Source of the DNA: Camelus ferus
Lineage: Eukaryota
Direction: 5' to 3'
Length of the DNA stretch: 64,000 nt
Assembly: GCF_009834535.1 (NCBI RefSeq)
Contig: NC_045701.1
Location: 32,550,001-32,614,000, forward strand
Part shown: piece after piece, positions 23,004-53,479 of the stretch
Layout of the letters: each line of letters opens with the position of its first letter
Position numbering within the stretch: the stretch's first letter is position 1
The notes under the pieces: model-generated
Database searches by the model: none
What the model was told of the DNA's origin: nothing
Seen by the model: only the letters and a program-made list of their open reading frames with translations
Translations under genes and position numbers: made by a program

Positions 23004-26000
23004 TCAGGATACCCACTCGGCCAACTGCTTTAGTGCTTCTTCATCTTCATCCGCTTTGGGAGCTTTGGGGACAAGGACACCCAGAGAAAGAAAGAAGTGT
23101 TAAGGCTCAGCAACTTCCAACCACTCCCTGCTCTAAGGCTCAGAGCTGGCGGAATTCTCTCTCCTGGCAAAGAACCTAAGGGTGTGGCCTTGCTGGGCTG
23201 CTGCTGATCCCCACAGCACCTTTGCGCAAATCGGAAGGGGCCTCTTTCTCCCACCATTTGCAGCCCTAAACCAGGGAATACAGCTTGCTGAGTGGAGCGC
23301 AGACCTGATTTCAGTCTCCATTACCCTTCAGTCAGGTGCCCTTATGCAGTCAACAACCCTGTGCAACTCTAGCAGCCACCCTTTCTGCCTGGATCCTCTG
23401 AGGCAGGAAGGATGAGAAATAACTTTTCCCCATATCTGTCCCAACCTCTCAAGTCCTTGAGATGACAGAACAGCCTCAGGTACCTGGCACTGCAGGCAGG
23501 TGTGTGGAGGGTACACTGGGCAGCGTGACTGGGGGTTCTTCCTCCTTGTCGCCCACATGTAACAACTCTCGGGCCAATTCCTCCTGCTCCAGTTCCTCTA
23601 GCTCCTCCAACAGTTCATCCTGGATATGGGATGACAAGACCATTCAAGAAGGAGAAAGGAAAATTCTACTTCCAAAAATGTACTACTTTTGGAGTACCCC
23701 CCAACTTGCCCCACAATTCTCTCGGGCATTCCTTCTGGCTGGTCCCATGCCTTCTCCAGTACTCCCTGATCCCCTCACTCCCAGTCACCTCATCCACATC
23801 ATCTCCAAAGCCCACGGGCCGAGAAATGGCATCTGAGATCTGCTGGGCCACCTCCTGTTGTTCTGTGATGTCAGCCATCAGTTCATCCACCTTGTCAATG
23901 TCCCTGAGAACAGGATACATAGCCCAGAAATCAGGTAACAACGCCCCCGACCTTTTCATCTCACATGAATGAAGCCTCTCCTGCCTGTGGCTTCAGACTG
24001 ATAAATCCATGGCTACCAGGTAAGAGATCTCTGGAAAGATATAAAGAGGCAAGTCTGGGCTAAAAGATGACAAGAGGACAGGCTGCTCTCTCTTCACTGA
24101 AGGATCTTTCAAAATGAAGAAAATCATCTTTCCTCCCTAGAATGCCCCAGCCAGCAAAGAGATCGTCTTGCAACAAGCAAGGAGGCTGACAGAGGTCTAG
24201 GCATCACAGGCATCTCTACTGTAAATTCACATTAGAAGAGGTTTTAGTACCACAAGCTACTCTCCCCAGTGCCCGGGCCCCCTCCTCCCATCCCCCCGTA
24301 CCCACATGTCCTGGTAGGCCTTCTTCATGCCTCGGGCAGCAAGCTCCATGGTACGAAGCACTTCTGCATTGGTGGTAGCATTCTCAATGGCCTCACGCTG
24401 AAACTCCAGGGTGGATAATGTCCCGTCGGTTTGTGCCAGCTGCTGTTCCAACCTTTTCTTTCTCCGCAAAGCCTGTAGGGCAGCTGACCCAGTCCACACC
24501 CTGAACATCAGAGCTGGAAGCCCCTGCTTCCCACCTGGGCCCTCCCAATTGGTGCCTCTTCCCCATTACCTCTCTTATTCTTGGTCCCATGCTTCTTGGC
24601 GGTTTGTAGCTCCTGCTGAATCTTCTGCTCCAGAAACTCCTGTTTCTTGATCAGTATCTTCTCCGTCTCCTTCAGTTTCTGTATTGCTTCTTCAGGGGTT
24701 GGCCCCTTCTCCTTTTTCCCTGGAGTCCAGTGGAGAAGCCCACATTGTATGAAGGAAAAATATTAGCCAGCAATCACTGAGCGCATAGTACATGCTATGC
24801 ACTTGACTGTTATTATTAACCCGCAAATGACTTTCGACAATGAAAGTCCACTTTACAAATGTGAAAACAGGCACAAAGATGTTAACATTTTTGTCTAAAA
24901 CCATAACCAGTAAGAGATTGCACAGGAAATGAAGAGTGGCAGTATGACTTCCAAAGCCAGTATTCTTTTGCTATTTCAGCCTACCTTTCAAGTCATTCCC
25001 CATCTTTTTTTTTTATTCTTTTTTTTTTTTTGGTTCACAGCAAACTGAGTAGAAGATACAAAGACTTCACATATACTGCCTGCACCCACACATACATAAC
25101 CTCTTCACGATCATGTCCCTCACCAGAGTTCAGTCACTTTTATAATCACCGTTCCACTTGCTATCCTAAGAGATATTCAAGGTCTTGATTCCACAGGCTC
25201 AAACTGAACAAAGTACAGGGGGCTAGAGAAAAAAAAATATGATCTCAATTTTTCCATTCATCTTCTGTACTTCTAACAGACTTATTTAAAACAAAAAATC
25301 TGATCAAGGTCCTTCAGACCTGGCCCTGTTTACCTCTCCATCCACACTTCTAGTTCCCTCTTCTTTTGGTACATGCACACGCACATGCACACACACACCT
25401 GTACACAGGCACACACACACACTCACTCGCAAGGCAGCCAGAACTTCTCATTTCCCTAAATACACCACACTTTTTCCTGCCTCTGTTTTGCACAGATACC
25501 TCTGCACGGAGCACCTCAATACCCAACCTGGCATACTTCTAGCTTTTTGGATCATCACCTGCCACACCTGTATGTTCAGTGCGCCCCTGGTTTTTAGGAG
25601 ACTCTCCATCATGGAGTTGCTACACTACACTGCAAATGCCAACTTTGCTTGTCTTCCCCCACCACGTAGGCAGATTGCCAGAAGATTGCCAGCTGGGATT
25701 GCCTGTGGTCCAGGATAAAGTAAGCACCAGTATTCTGGACAGGGCTGGATGCCAGAAACTCGCCCCCCAAGTCTAAACAGTGGGAGCCAGCACAGTCGCC
25801 ACGCCCTCCACTCTCCTCCCCTCCGGGGCCTCGAACTCTTCCCTCGAGGGTGGGGGAAAGAAGGCAGACGGAGCCTGACAAGGCGGCGCCTCCTGGCCCG
25901 GGACAAGGCCTCACTGGGCCTTCGGGGTTTGCGGGACAGCATCTCCCAGGTCTCTCCCCGCCCCTTGCGGCCAGCACCTCCCGGTGACCAGTCTCGCCCG

Positions 26001-26038
26001 GGCTCACCCCTCCCGAAGAGTCGGCCGAGACCACTCAT
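23004..26038 (-). CDS. CHMP4A: ESCRT-III subunit CHMP4A (Snf7 family), 222 aa
   Basis: Exons 26038-26008, 24719-24570, 24483-24306, 23903-23789, 23619-23484, 23062-23004 (669 nt). MSGLGRLFG...TLEFQREAIENATTN...C-terminal ALKQLAEWVS* (ALIX-binding helix). Minus-strand AATAAA at 22775-22780. Confidence 0.97.
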
Positions 26039-26290
26039 CGCGACCCTCGCCTCTCCCGCCTCCGCCCCACGGCCGCCCGCGCGCTTCCGCCTCGCTCCCG
26101 GGAGGGCGGGGCTCACGATTTCGAGACCCGCCTCGGCCAATCCCTCCTTGGGCACCGCGGCGACATCATCAACCAGCGCTAGCGAGGCCACTGCTATCAC
26201 GTGTGAGACACCAGCCTCAAAGCCACGTGCTCCTCTTAAAGCGGCAGCTGGGTTTCCCACGACATAAAGGGCCGCCCAACCCCCACCCCA
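25750..26290 (-). promoter_or_regulatory. CHMP4A CpG promoter with GC box, CCAAT and two CACGTG E-boxes
   Basis: GGGCGGGG ~26104-26111, CCAAT ~26137, CACGTG at 26198-26203 and 26224-26229. Confidence 0.6.
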
Positions 26291-26673
26291 AAACAAAGTC
26301 TTTGTTTCCAGGAGGTTAATGTGCCAGGTAATGCAGCCCACTGCTTGGGGCCAGTGGAAGAGTTCTTCACGCCCTTGACAGAGCTCCGGAGAGGGGTGGG
26401 GATGGGTGGGTACAAAGCGATCATGTTCTTGGGTTTGCCACAAGTTCATAAGGCAGGACCTGATGCGGTCTAACGCGTCACACTCCAGTCCTGGTACCTC
26501 CCAGTCGCCCACCCCAGGTCACAGTCTAGAAAAAGCAGAAACAACCCACACTGGCTAGATCTCTTATGTCACACAGAAATTCACTTTAATAATTTACAAA
26601 TGCACCTGAAAATGCCCTCCTGGTGTTCTTGCGGTTCTGTGCCTCAAATGAGGTTCATTCACAGGATTGGACT

Positions 26674-28246
<1,573 letters not shown>

Positions 28247-29049
28247 TCACCAACTGAGACCTAAAGTGACCCATCATAGCTTGTCACTCCTCACTCCACC
28301 TTTCTCCTTATCAGCCTCTCCACCAAAGTATAGAACCCAGAGCCCTCAGCAATATTCCAGCCATAAAAGAATGTAGTGCCTGCAAAGTCCTTGCGGCCTT
28401 TCTTGAACCAGGCTCAACTGCCCAGTAGGGTCACAATGGGAGAGAATTCACTCCCCTAGTTTCTACCATCCATGTCAGTAGTATGCTGATAGGTATGTAA
28501 CAGCCAATTTGGGGAGAAGGACTGATCTGTACTGTTTGTTGACTTATATTTCTACCATGGCCAGTTTTAAGCTACCAACATGAAGTCACTTAATATGGGG
28601 CTGAGAAGAAAGGCCAACAGTTAGCTCTGGAGTCAGTCAGAGAGTAGGCTTTCTTAGAGTCTGATATCCCCTCTAGGGGCACATTTCCTTCCACAGTCCT
28701 ACTCCTTCAGCCTGGTGTAACTGTGTGTGCCTGGGTCCATTTTGATTTCAGTCACATTTGTACAATGGAAGAAAGATTCCAGGAAGCCAGGAAATATTTT
28801 ATTGACAACCAGGGACATAGCCATAAGAGAGGGAAGCACACAGGACTGCAAACTAAAACCCAACAGCCAGCAAGGGCCCTTTGGGCTAGGAACACTGCAT
28901 CCTGGGGTCCTCACAGTCTCCCACCAACAGACACACACGACTGGGCATCCAGGAGAGGGGGCAGTGGCTCTCGTGTCCCACAGAGTGCGAGGATATATGA
29001 TGCCTCATTATGAGCGACAGGGTACGGAGGTAAAATGGAGGGGGGTCCA

Positions 29050-37818
<8,769 letters not shown>

Positions 37819-37819
37819 C

Positions 37820-38420
37820 TTCTTCCCAGTTTGGGGCTGCACACAGATAAATTGCTGCTTCTACCGCTGCGGTCGCCGATGCCGCACCCCAGCACTCCGC
37901 CTATGAGTCACTTCTGCTTCCGGGTCACTGTCTGGCTCCACCTCCTTCCCCGCGCCCCTCTTCTTTTCTCTGGGTTCCCGAAAGGCGTTTCGTTTCGCTG
38001 ACGTCGTAAAAAAAGGGGAAAAAAAGGAGGAGGAGGAGGTCCGTTTAGTTACAGCAGAGTTGATGCCTCTGCGATTCTGAGAGTCCCTAGCGAGCCGGAG
38101 CTAGTGGAACGAACTACTTCTCCCATCATGCCAGGGGGCAGCTCCGCGCATCCCACCCTGGGAGTTGTAGTCTCCTGCCCCTAGGATCCAATGGCATCCT
38201 CAGTGTGTGAACTCTGTTACCCAGAAGGCCTCGCAAGACCGCCACCGAAGCTGGAATTCCTCGGTTAATCGTTCTCTCCTGCAATTAGCGGAACCTGTTA
38301 GCGTGGCCCACAAGGCTCGGCGGGTCTCCGCGAGGCTAGCTGGTAAGTAAGAGGAGCTTCGGTCAACTGCCACCTGGACTACGGCGACAGGAAGTGAGTA
38401 CCCCTATCCCGGAAGCTGGT
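37820..38420. promoter_or_regulatory. NEDD8/GMPR2 bidirectional CpG promoter
   Basis: Head-to-head genes. TGACGTC at 37999-38005. ZNF143/SBS-like ACTACTTCTCCCATCATGCC at 38113-38132 and an inverted ACTACAACTCCCA at 38159-38171. ETS cores at ~38390 and ~38410. Candidate GMPR2 exon-1 donors at 38343 and 38394. Confidence 0.75.
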
Positions 38421-38811
38421 TATGGGACCCCACCATTCCTTCCCGTTCTCAAATCTGCCTCTTACCCCCAAACTGCCCTTTGCAGGGGCGGGAAAACAAG
38501 AGTAATGGGGTAACGAATGCACCTTTTTAGGGTCACTCAGGATCCCATCCCAATTCTTCTTCCCAACAAATAGTACCTAGGATGGAGACACCAAGAGTAA
38601 CTGAAACTACGGGACGGGTCCGAGGTGACCGTTTTGAGAGACGTGCCTCGGCCGATGAATGCCCCAATCTTCCGCAACTTAAGCAAGGGATGAGCCCTGC
38701 CGCCAGTCCAAACGTGGTATTAAGGCCAAAGGAGAGATTGATTCAGCTACCCTTTCCTGGCTTTTTCTACCTTCCAGCCCTCAGATTCGTTGCTACCCCA
38801 AGGTCCCTGCC

Positions 38812-44305
<5,494 letters not shown>

Positions 44306-44571
44306 ACCCCAGCAGTTCTGCCCTCCCAGGGCGCCAGCACCCCACCACAGGGCTGCCAAGTGGGCCCCTGCCCCATCCCGGCTTCTATGGCTATTACTCA
44401 GTCACTTCATATCCTCTCTCTCCCAAGGGCTCCGGCAATAATTCTGTAATTCTCTGTCTGCACACGCAAAATGCCCAGGGCACTCCCTGGGGAGGAAGCA
44501 AGGAAGGCAGGCTGGGAAAAATGAAGTAAGATAATCAAATGGGAATCTGGGGACCCAGCATCCTGAAAATT

Positions 44572-44734
44572 ATTAAAAGGAAAAGATGCTAATTCATACG
44601 TAATTGTTGTTTGGCCCTGGTCTGAAAGAGGTAGGCTTTTGGAATCATGTTTTGTTAATCAGATTTTATTAAACAGGATCTTTGAATAGCTACCAAGCTC
44701 AGAAGTGTTTACATATTTAAAATACCTCAATAAA
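44572..44734. terminator. Poly(A) signal cluster between convergent GMPR2 and TINF2
   Basis: Plus-strand ATTAAA 44572-44577, ATTAAA 44668-44673 and AATAAA 44729-44734; minus-strand AATAAA 44665-44670. A further minus-strand ATTAAA lies at 45174-45179. Confidence 0.6.
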
Positions 44735-45315
44735 GCGAGATCCCAATGACTATAAAGAGATTCTGGAGTTTTTTGCACAAGGCTTGCATCTGGCTGCTGC
44801 TCCATGGCAAGTGGAGGAGTTGGCATTGACCCAGTGGAGTCAAGGACAGTGAGGACTTACCCCATGAAATATCTCCATCCTGTGCCACCACCTCCAGGTA
44901 CCCTGGCAGCATGAGAATTCCCAAAGTGTATTCTGGCATCAGGACACACGTCATATTTTCAGAATAGCAAAAGGAAATTTCTCTTCCAGACTCTCAGTCC
45001 TGGTAACCCTTTTGGGCATGTCTGAACGACACTTTCGAAAGGAAGGAAATGGCAAAAAGATTCTTCCAGCCCTGGAGAGGCCGGTTCTGTTCCTAAGCAA
45101 TGACCTACACTCACCTTACAGAAGCCTCTGGTCCCCTCCTTCACACCAGGACAGTGTTTTAACAAATCCAAGATTTAATTATCAAGCATTACAAAATAAT
45201 TTTAGCAGTGTGGTCAGGCAGCCCAAGCCTGGGCTTCCACTTGATTCCTCCTGAACTGCGTGCAGAGCTGAGGAGGAAGGAAGACAGGCAGAATGCCAGG
45301 GGCGCTCCAGTCCTA

Positions 45316-48230
<2,915 letters not shown>

Positions 48231-48769
48231 AGTAAGGATTCAACTGTTTCTTTTACAAAACAGGAGAGGGCGCTCGCCTTTAAAAAATTTAAAAAGTCTG
48301 GAAAGATACATCAGATTGTTAATCTGGTTTTCTCTGCATGGTGATACTGTGGGTAATTTTTTGTGCTCTTACGTGTTTATCTTTTAAAAAATCATGTAGT
48401 TCTTAAATGAATAAAAAGAGTTCCTTTTTCGAATTTCCGTTGACTGCTTACTCCAGTCAGCCTCCTAATGTAATTGACTGTTTCACTTGTCACCCTTCCC
48501 GGTGTCTCCCATTTCCATTGCCAAATACAGAACCTGACACACTATATTTTCTGTTGATTGAATTATCTACTCTGACTACCTTACAGAGCTTTAGTGAAAC
48601 TACCCTTTCCTTGGGCCATTCCTTTTCTTAGAGAGAATGGCTCCTGTCTCCACCCAAGATCCGCCTTCTGAGGTGATTCATACATTCAACTGCCCAGGGA
48701 ACATCTAGTTGGAGGTCCCAAAGTACCCAAATCGGACATGGATGGAAATCTAGTTATCTTCCCTTTTTA

Positions 48770-49230
48770 TATTACCTTTATTTATTCTTTCCCTAAAGTT
48801 CTACCTTTACGTAGATCTGAGTTTCTGACCTATGTCATCCTTCTTTCTGAAGAATTTCTTTTCACATATCTTGCAAGTTATCTCTCCTGGTGACATATTC
48901 CCTCAATTTTTGTTTGTCTGAGAAAATACTACTCCTTTTGAAAGATAATTTTGCTGGATATAGAAGTCTAGGGTGGTAGACTTTTTTCCCTCAACACATC
49001 AAACATTTCACTGCACTTTCTTCTTGCATGGTTTCTGAAGAGAAATCCAATGTAATTCTTATCCTTGCTCCTCTGTAGGTAAGATGTCCCCTCTCCCACC
49101 CCACTGCCCCCAGGCTCTGTTCAAGATTTTCTCTTGCTTTTTGATTTTCTGTTCATCTTTCTTAATTGTGAAGACAGGAATGAGAACTTTCAAGCTTCTT
49201 ACATGCTAGACTGAAAATTGGAAGCTATTT
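48770..49230 (-). mobile_element. Old L1 fragment
   Basis: ttcaatttttgtttgtctgagaaa...gataattttgctggatatagaagtctagg...tgaagagaaatccaatgtaattcttatc. Confidence 0.55.
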
Positions 49231-49925
49231 TTCATTTTTAATTCTCTTTCTCCTGGGCTCTGTGTTTCTGTGCTTGGCACCTTTCTTCTGTGACCGTGAG
49301 TCAGAAACCCAGATCACTGCCGGTAACTGTCCTCCCGCCTTTCCAAATCTAATTCCTCACCAAGTCTAATCAATTCTACTTCCTATAGAACCTTCAAACC
49401 TACCCCCTTTTTATCATTCTCACTGCCTCTATCCTATTTCAGTTTCCCTGTCTCTCACATTGAGAAAACTCTAGTTTCCCCACCTCCAGCCCAACTCTTA
49501 ATTTCTTTTCCATATTGCCTTCATCATAAGCAAATATGAAATGCAAAACTGATCATATCATCCCTAACTGAAAGTTCCTTCTTACTTTCAAAAGAAAGCC
49601 CAAACTCCAAAATATGGCCGAAGGATTTCTAATGATCTGGCTAAGTTTACCTCTTCATCCACATTTCATGCCACTTTGCACTTACCATGCACCTCTGTGG
49701 CCATCCTCTTCAAACTCCTTGCATTTTCCAAATACACTGTGTTGTCTCATACTTCGTGCCTTGTGCATTCCTCGGTCCTTCTTGCCTCTTGGACTAGACT
49801 TTCTTTTATCTTTTGTGGCTCATCTAGTAACCACCTCCATGAAGCCCCTTATGGTTCTCTTCTCAGGCCCCATAGCATCCTGTCCATCTTTTTATTGACA
49901 CCATTGTCAGGCAGAATGTATCTTG

Positions 49926-50057
49926 TTTTTTTTTTTTTTTAATACTTTAAAAAGTTTTAATTTAATTTATTTCCCTTAACAGAGGCCCTGGGGATTGAAC
50001 CCAGGACTTTGTGAATGCCAAGCACACACTCTACCACTGAGCTACACCACCTACCCC
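49926..50057 (-). mobile_element. tRNA-derived SINE (camelid vic-1-like)
   Basis: Reverse complement GGTGTAGCTCAGTGGTAGAG (A box)...GGGTTCAATCCCC (B box), A-rich tail. 14-bp TSD cagaatgtatcttg (49912-49925) / cagaatatatcttg (50058-50071). Confidence 0.85.
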
Positions 50058-51432
50058 CAGAATATATCTTGTAATGTTGTTATTAGGATTAAATGAATTA
50101 GTAAATATAAAGCACTTGGAACAGTGCCTGGCTCCTAGTAAATACTACGTATACATCTACTGTATTTTCAATGTGTACATGTCTGTCACTCGCACTGGGT
50201 GGAAGCCCCTGGAGGGAAGGGCTTACTTCTTTCTCATACGTATTATGCTACTGGTGCCTAATGCAGCTTCTGGTTCATGTGTTCATGGCTAACGTGAACA
50301 GCTCCTTTGTTAGTCCTCTGTGTCCTGCCCCAGGAGCCCTTGGAAGCCTTCTTCAGCTCAAAGCTTCAATAAGACTAGTGGTTGGAACTTAGAACATCAT
50401 GCACTCCTGGCTACTCCTTATTGTTGCTTTTGTTTTGTTTTTCTTTTTTGAGGATTTCAAGCGTTTTTGAGCTCTGATACATACAGGGGACTGGGGCAGA
50501 ATGAACAAGTGTGAAGCAAGTTACAAAGTTGTTAGAAATCTTAAGCTCTCACGTTGTCTCCTGGGAGTTCAATAAAAAGAGGTACTGTTGTGTTATTGCT
50601 CAGCCTTTCTGGAAACTAATTTAACAAAATGCATCAGCCACCTTAAACATGCTCAGTCCCCTTTACAGAATAATTCTCTCTCAGGGGGGTTATCGTAAGG
50701 AAATAATTTAAAATGAGCACAAAGATTTACGTGCTTGTACAAGGATATTTATCACAGCTCTATTTAGAGTAGCAAAACATTAGGAAGACATATTTCCAGG
50801 AGTGAGAGTTTAATCAAATAAATCATGTCATTTGTTCACTTTTATTAAAAATACAGTACAACAAACAGAGTTTGCTCCGTAAGTTCAAAGAACAATTATA
50901 AGTTACATCTTGTAATTGTTGCTTTTAAATTTGTAAGTAGCAAACAATTCTTGGGCAGCTCGGTGCCGGGCCCTGTTCTAGGTCCTGGGTCACAGGTGTG
51001 AACAAGACAGATAAGGTCTCAGCTCTTATGGAGGTTATATTTTAGAGAAAATAGAGTTTAATTTAAAAAAAAAAACCACTCTGGTTTTAAACGATTAGCG
51101 CTAGATGGGATATGAAATAAAATAGGTTGATATGCTAAACAGACTGGAGGCAACAGAGTAATCAGACTGATGGACAGGGAAGAGCTCTGTCGGGAGGTGA
51201 CATTTGAGCTGAGACCAGCCATTCCACCTGGGGGAAGAGTGCTCCTCCAGAAGGAAGAGCAGATACCAAGTCTTAGGTAGAAGGTTGGTGGGTTTGAGAA
51301 GCAGAAGGACTGTGGGGCCGAGGCAGCAGGGCCAGGGGCACGTGGTAGAGTGAGATTGGAGAGGGCTGCAGGGCCAGACAGATGAAGGTAGGACTTTGGA
51401 TTGTTCCAAGGGTGATGGGAAAGCATTGGAAA

Positions 51433-51945
51433 TGTAGCCATAGCATAAGCTGCTCCATCTTGAGCAGCACAGATTTTAAAACTTACATGTATTTTCCTTC
51501 CCTGCTACCTCTGGCATGTCTTAGAACTATTTGGACAATGACTAACTGACCAGGAGAGAATTAGTCTTGCTTGCTTAAGAATTCCAGGGACTCAACTTGA
51601 GGTGGGAGCAGATGGACCCTGGAGGAGAAGATTAACTGCGCATAAAGCAATCAATATGATGCTGATCAGACCACTGCATGACCATTTTTCGATATGATTA
51701 TAGGAGCTGACTGTGCTGTTCTGCATGTAGCCCCTACCTGTACACCCGCGAAGCTTTCCTTCAAAACTTTTGTCCCCTAACTGGCAGCTTGGAGATGGCT
51801 TGGGGATATTAGTCCATCTTCCCAGGTTGTTGGCCTCCTGAGTAAAGCAGCCTTTCCTTCCCCACCAACACTTGTCTCTTGAGTATTGGCTTTTCAGGTG
51901 GTGAATGGCTGACTTTGGGTTCGGTTTTGGTCTCATCCGGTTACA
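51433..51945 (+). mobile_element. Solo ERV LTR inserted in L2
   Basis: TGTA...GGTTACA termini; AGTAAA at 51841-51846 followed by cacttgtctcttgagtattggcttt. The flanks gcattggaaa | caagattttaagcag rejoin into L2-like sequence. Confidence 0.65.
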
Positions 51946-52719
51946 CAAGATTTTAAGCAGGAGAGTACCAGGATTTCATTTAGAGTTTAGAAAGCTCACT
52001 GGCTGTGTAAAAATTAGATTATTCAGTAATGAGAGTGGAAACACACCAGGAGGCTATGGCTGTTCTGCAGGGAGGGAGCACTGTGACAGTGTCAAGTGGA
52101 GAGGATGACAGATTCAGATATATTTCGGACGAAGAACTGATAACAATTGCTGATGGAGTGAATATTCGAGGGGAGGAAAGGGAGGAATCAAGGGTGACTT
52201 GTAGGTTTTTGGCTGGAACAACTGGGCCATTATAGTAACAATGAGATGGGAAAAACTCAGGAGGATGAATTTAGGGGTAGAATTCAGAGCTCTGTGGGGC
52301 TGCTTTCAGTCTGAGATAAAATATAGCCCTATTTTAATCCATTTCTAGGCTGCTCAATGATTTTTGGACAGCTTACTTAGCTCCTTTCCCCAGTTTCTGT
52401 ATCTGTAGAGGGGGCATTACAGCACACTCTACCTTAGGAGGTTGTTTGAAGATGACAGGCATTATTATATATAAATAGATTAGTGCCAAATTCTTCCTCA
52501 CTCAGAAAATATTTAGTAAGCATTTCTATGCACTAAATTGTGAACATATACCAGAGACCAAAACAGACAAAATTCACTGCTCTTGTGGGGGAAGGGAGAC
52601 ACCATAAATCAATGTAGTGTTAAAATATTTAATATGTTGAATGTGGCTAAGTGTTATGGAGAAAAATGAAACAGGAAAAAGTGGTCATGAAGAGAGAAGT
52701 GGGCTGCAGTTTTAAATAG

Positions 52720-53186
52720 GATGGCCATACTACTCAGCCGCTAAAAAGAATGAAATAATGCTATTTGCAATAACATGGATGGGCCTAGAGATTATCATAC
52801 TAAGTGAAGTCAGTCAGGCAGAGAAAGACAATTATCATATGACATCACTAATATGTGGAATCTAAAAAAAAATGATACAAGTGAATTTTTTTTACAAAAC
52901 AGAAAGACTCACAGACATAGAAAACAAACTTACGGTGACCAAAGGGGAAAGACGGAGGAGGGATAAATTAGGAGCTTGGGGTTAGCAGATACACACCACT
53001 ATATGTAAAACAGATAAACAACAAGGTCTTACTGTATAGCACAGGGAGCTACATTCAATATCTTGTTAAAATCTATTACGAAAAAGAATATGAAAAAGAA
53101 TATATTTTATATGTATGACTGAATCACTGTGCTGTACACCAGAAATTAACACAACATTGTAAATCAACTAGACTTCAATAAAATAA
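52720..53186 (+). mobile_element. 5'-truncated L1 3' end (cetartiodactyl-type)
   Basis: gaatgaaataatgctatttgcaataacatggatgggcctagagattatcatactaagtgaag...gctgtacaccagaaattaacacaacattgtaaatcaacta...caataaaataa. Confidence 0.85.
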
Positions 53187-53344
53187 CACGGCTGGAAAAG
53201 GTCCCATTAAGACAGTGATATTCGAGGATAAATCTCAAAGGAGGGGAGAGTGCCAACCATGTGGCTATCAGAAGAAGGGGGAGCCAGGCAGGGAAAATGG
53301 CAAGTCCAAAGGCCCTGAGGTGGAGGCTTCAAGAAACAAGAAGA

Positions 53345-53479
53345 GGGGGGAGGGTATAGCTCAGTGGTAGAGTGCATGCTTAGCATGTGTGAAGTCCTGT
53401 TTCAATCCCCAGTACCTCCATAAAGAAATAAATAAACAAGAAAACCTAACTATCTCCCCCTGAAGCAAACAAAGTGCAA
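53345..53479 (+). mobile_element. tRNA-derived SINE (camelid vic-1-like)
   Basis: GGGGAGGGTATAGCTCAGTGGTAGAGTGCATGCTTAGCATG...TTCAATCCCCAGTACCTCC followed by an A-rich tail. Perfect 14-bp TSD aagaaacaagaaga at 53331-53344 and 53480-53493. Confidence 0.88.

Noticed and set aside
23281-23295. Plus-strand CAGCTTGCTGAGTGG (QLAEW) resembling the CHMP4A C-terminus (12/15 inverted match to 23013-23027)
   Set aside because: Too short, with no flanking similarity; probably chance.
25625-26512. 295-aa minus ORF across the CHMP4A promoter
   Set aside because: Only the 31-nt exon 1 is real. The rest is GC-rich stop-poor promoter and intron sequence, and it overruns a clear GTGAG donor.
44855-44862. Perfect minus-strand GG|GTAAGT donor downstream of TINF2, within a 75-aa ORF
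   Set aside because: No matching exon or known product; such 8-mers occur by chance.
53345-53420. tRNA-like sequence (also 49975-50050)
   Set aside because: TSDs, A-rich tails and the lack of a complete cloverleaf show these are SINEs, not tRNA genes.
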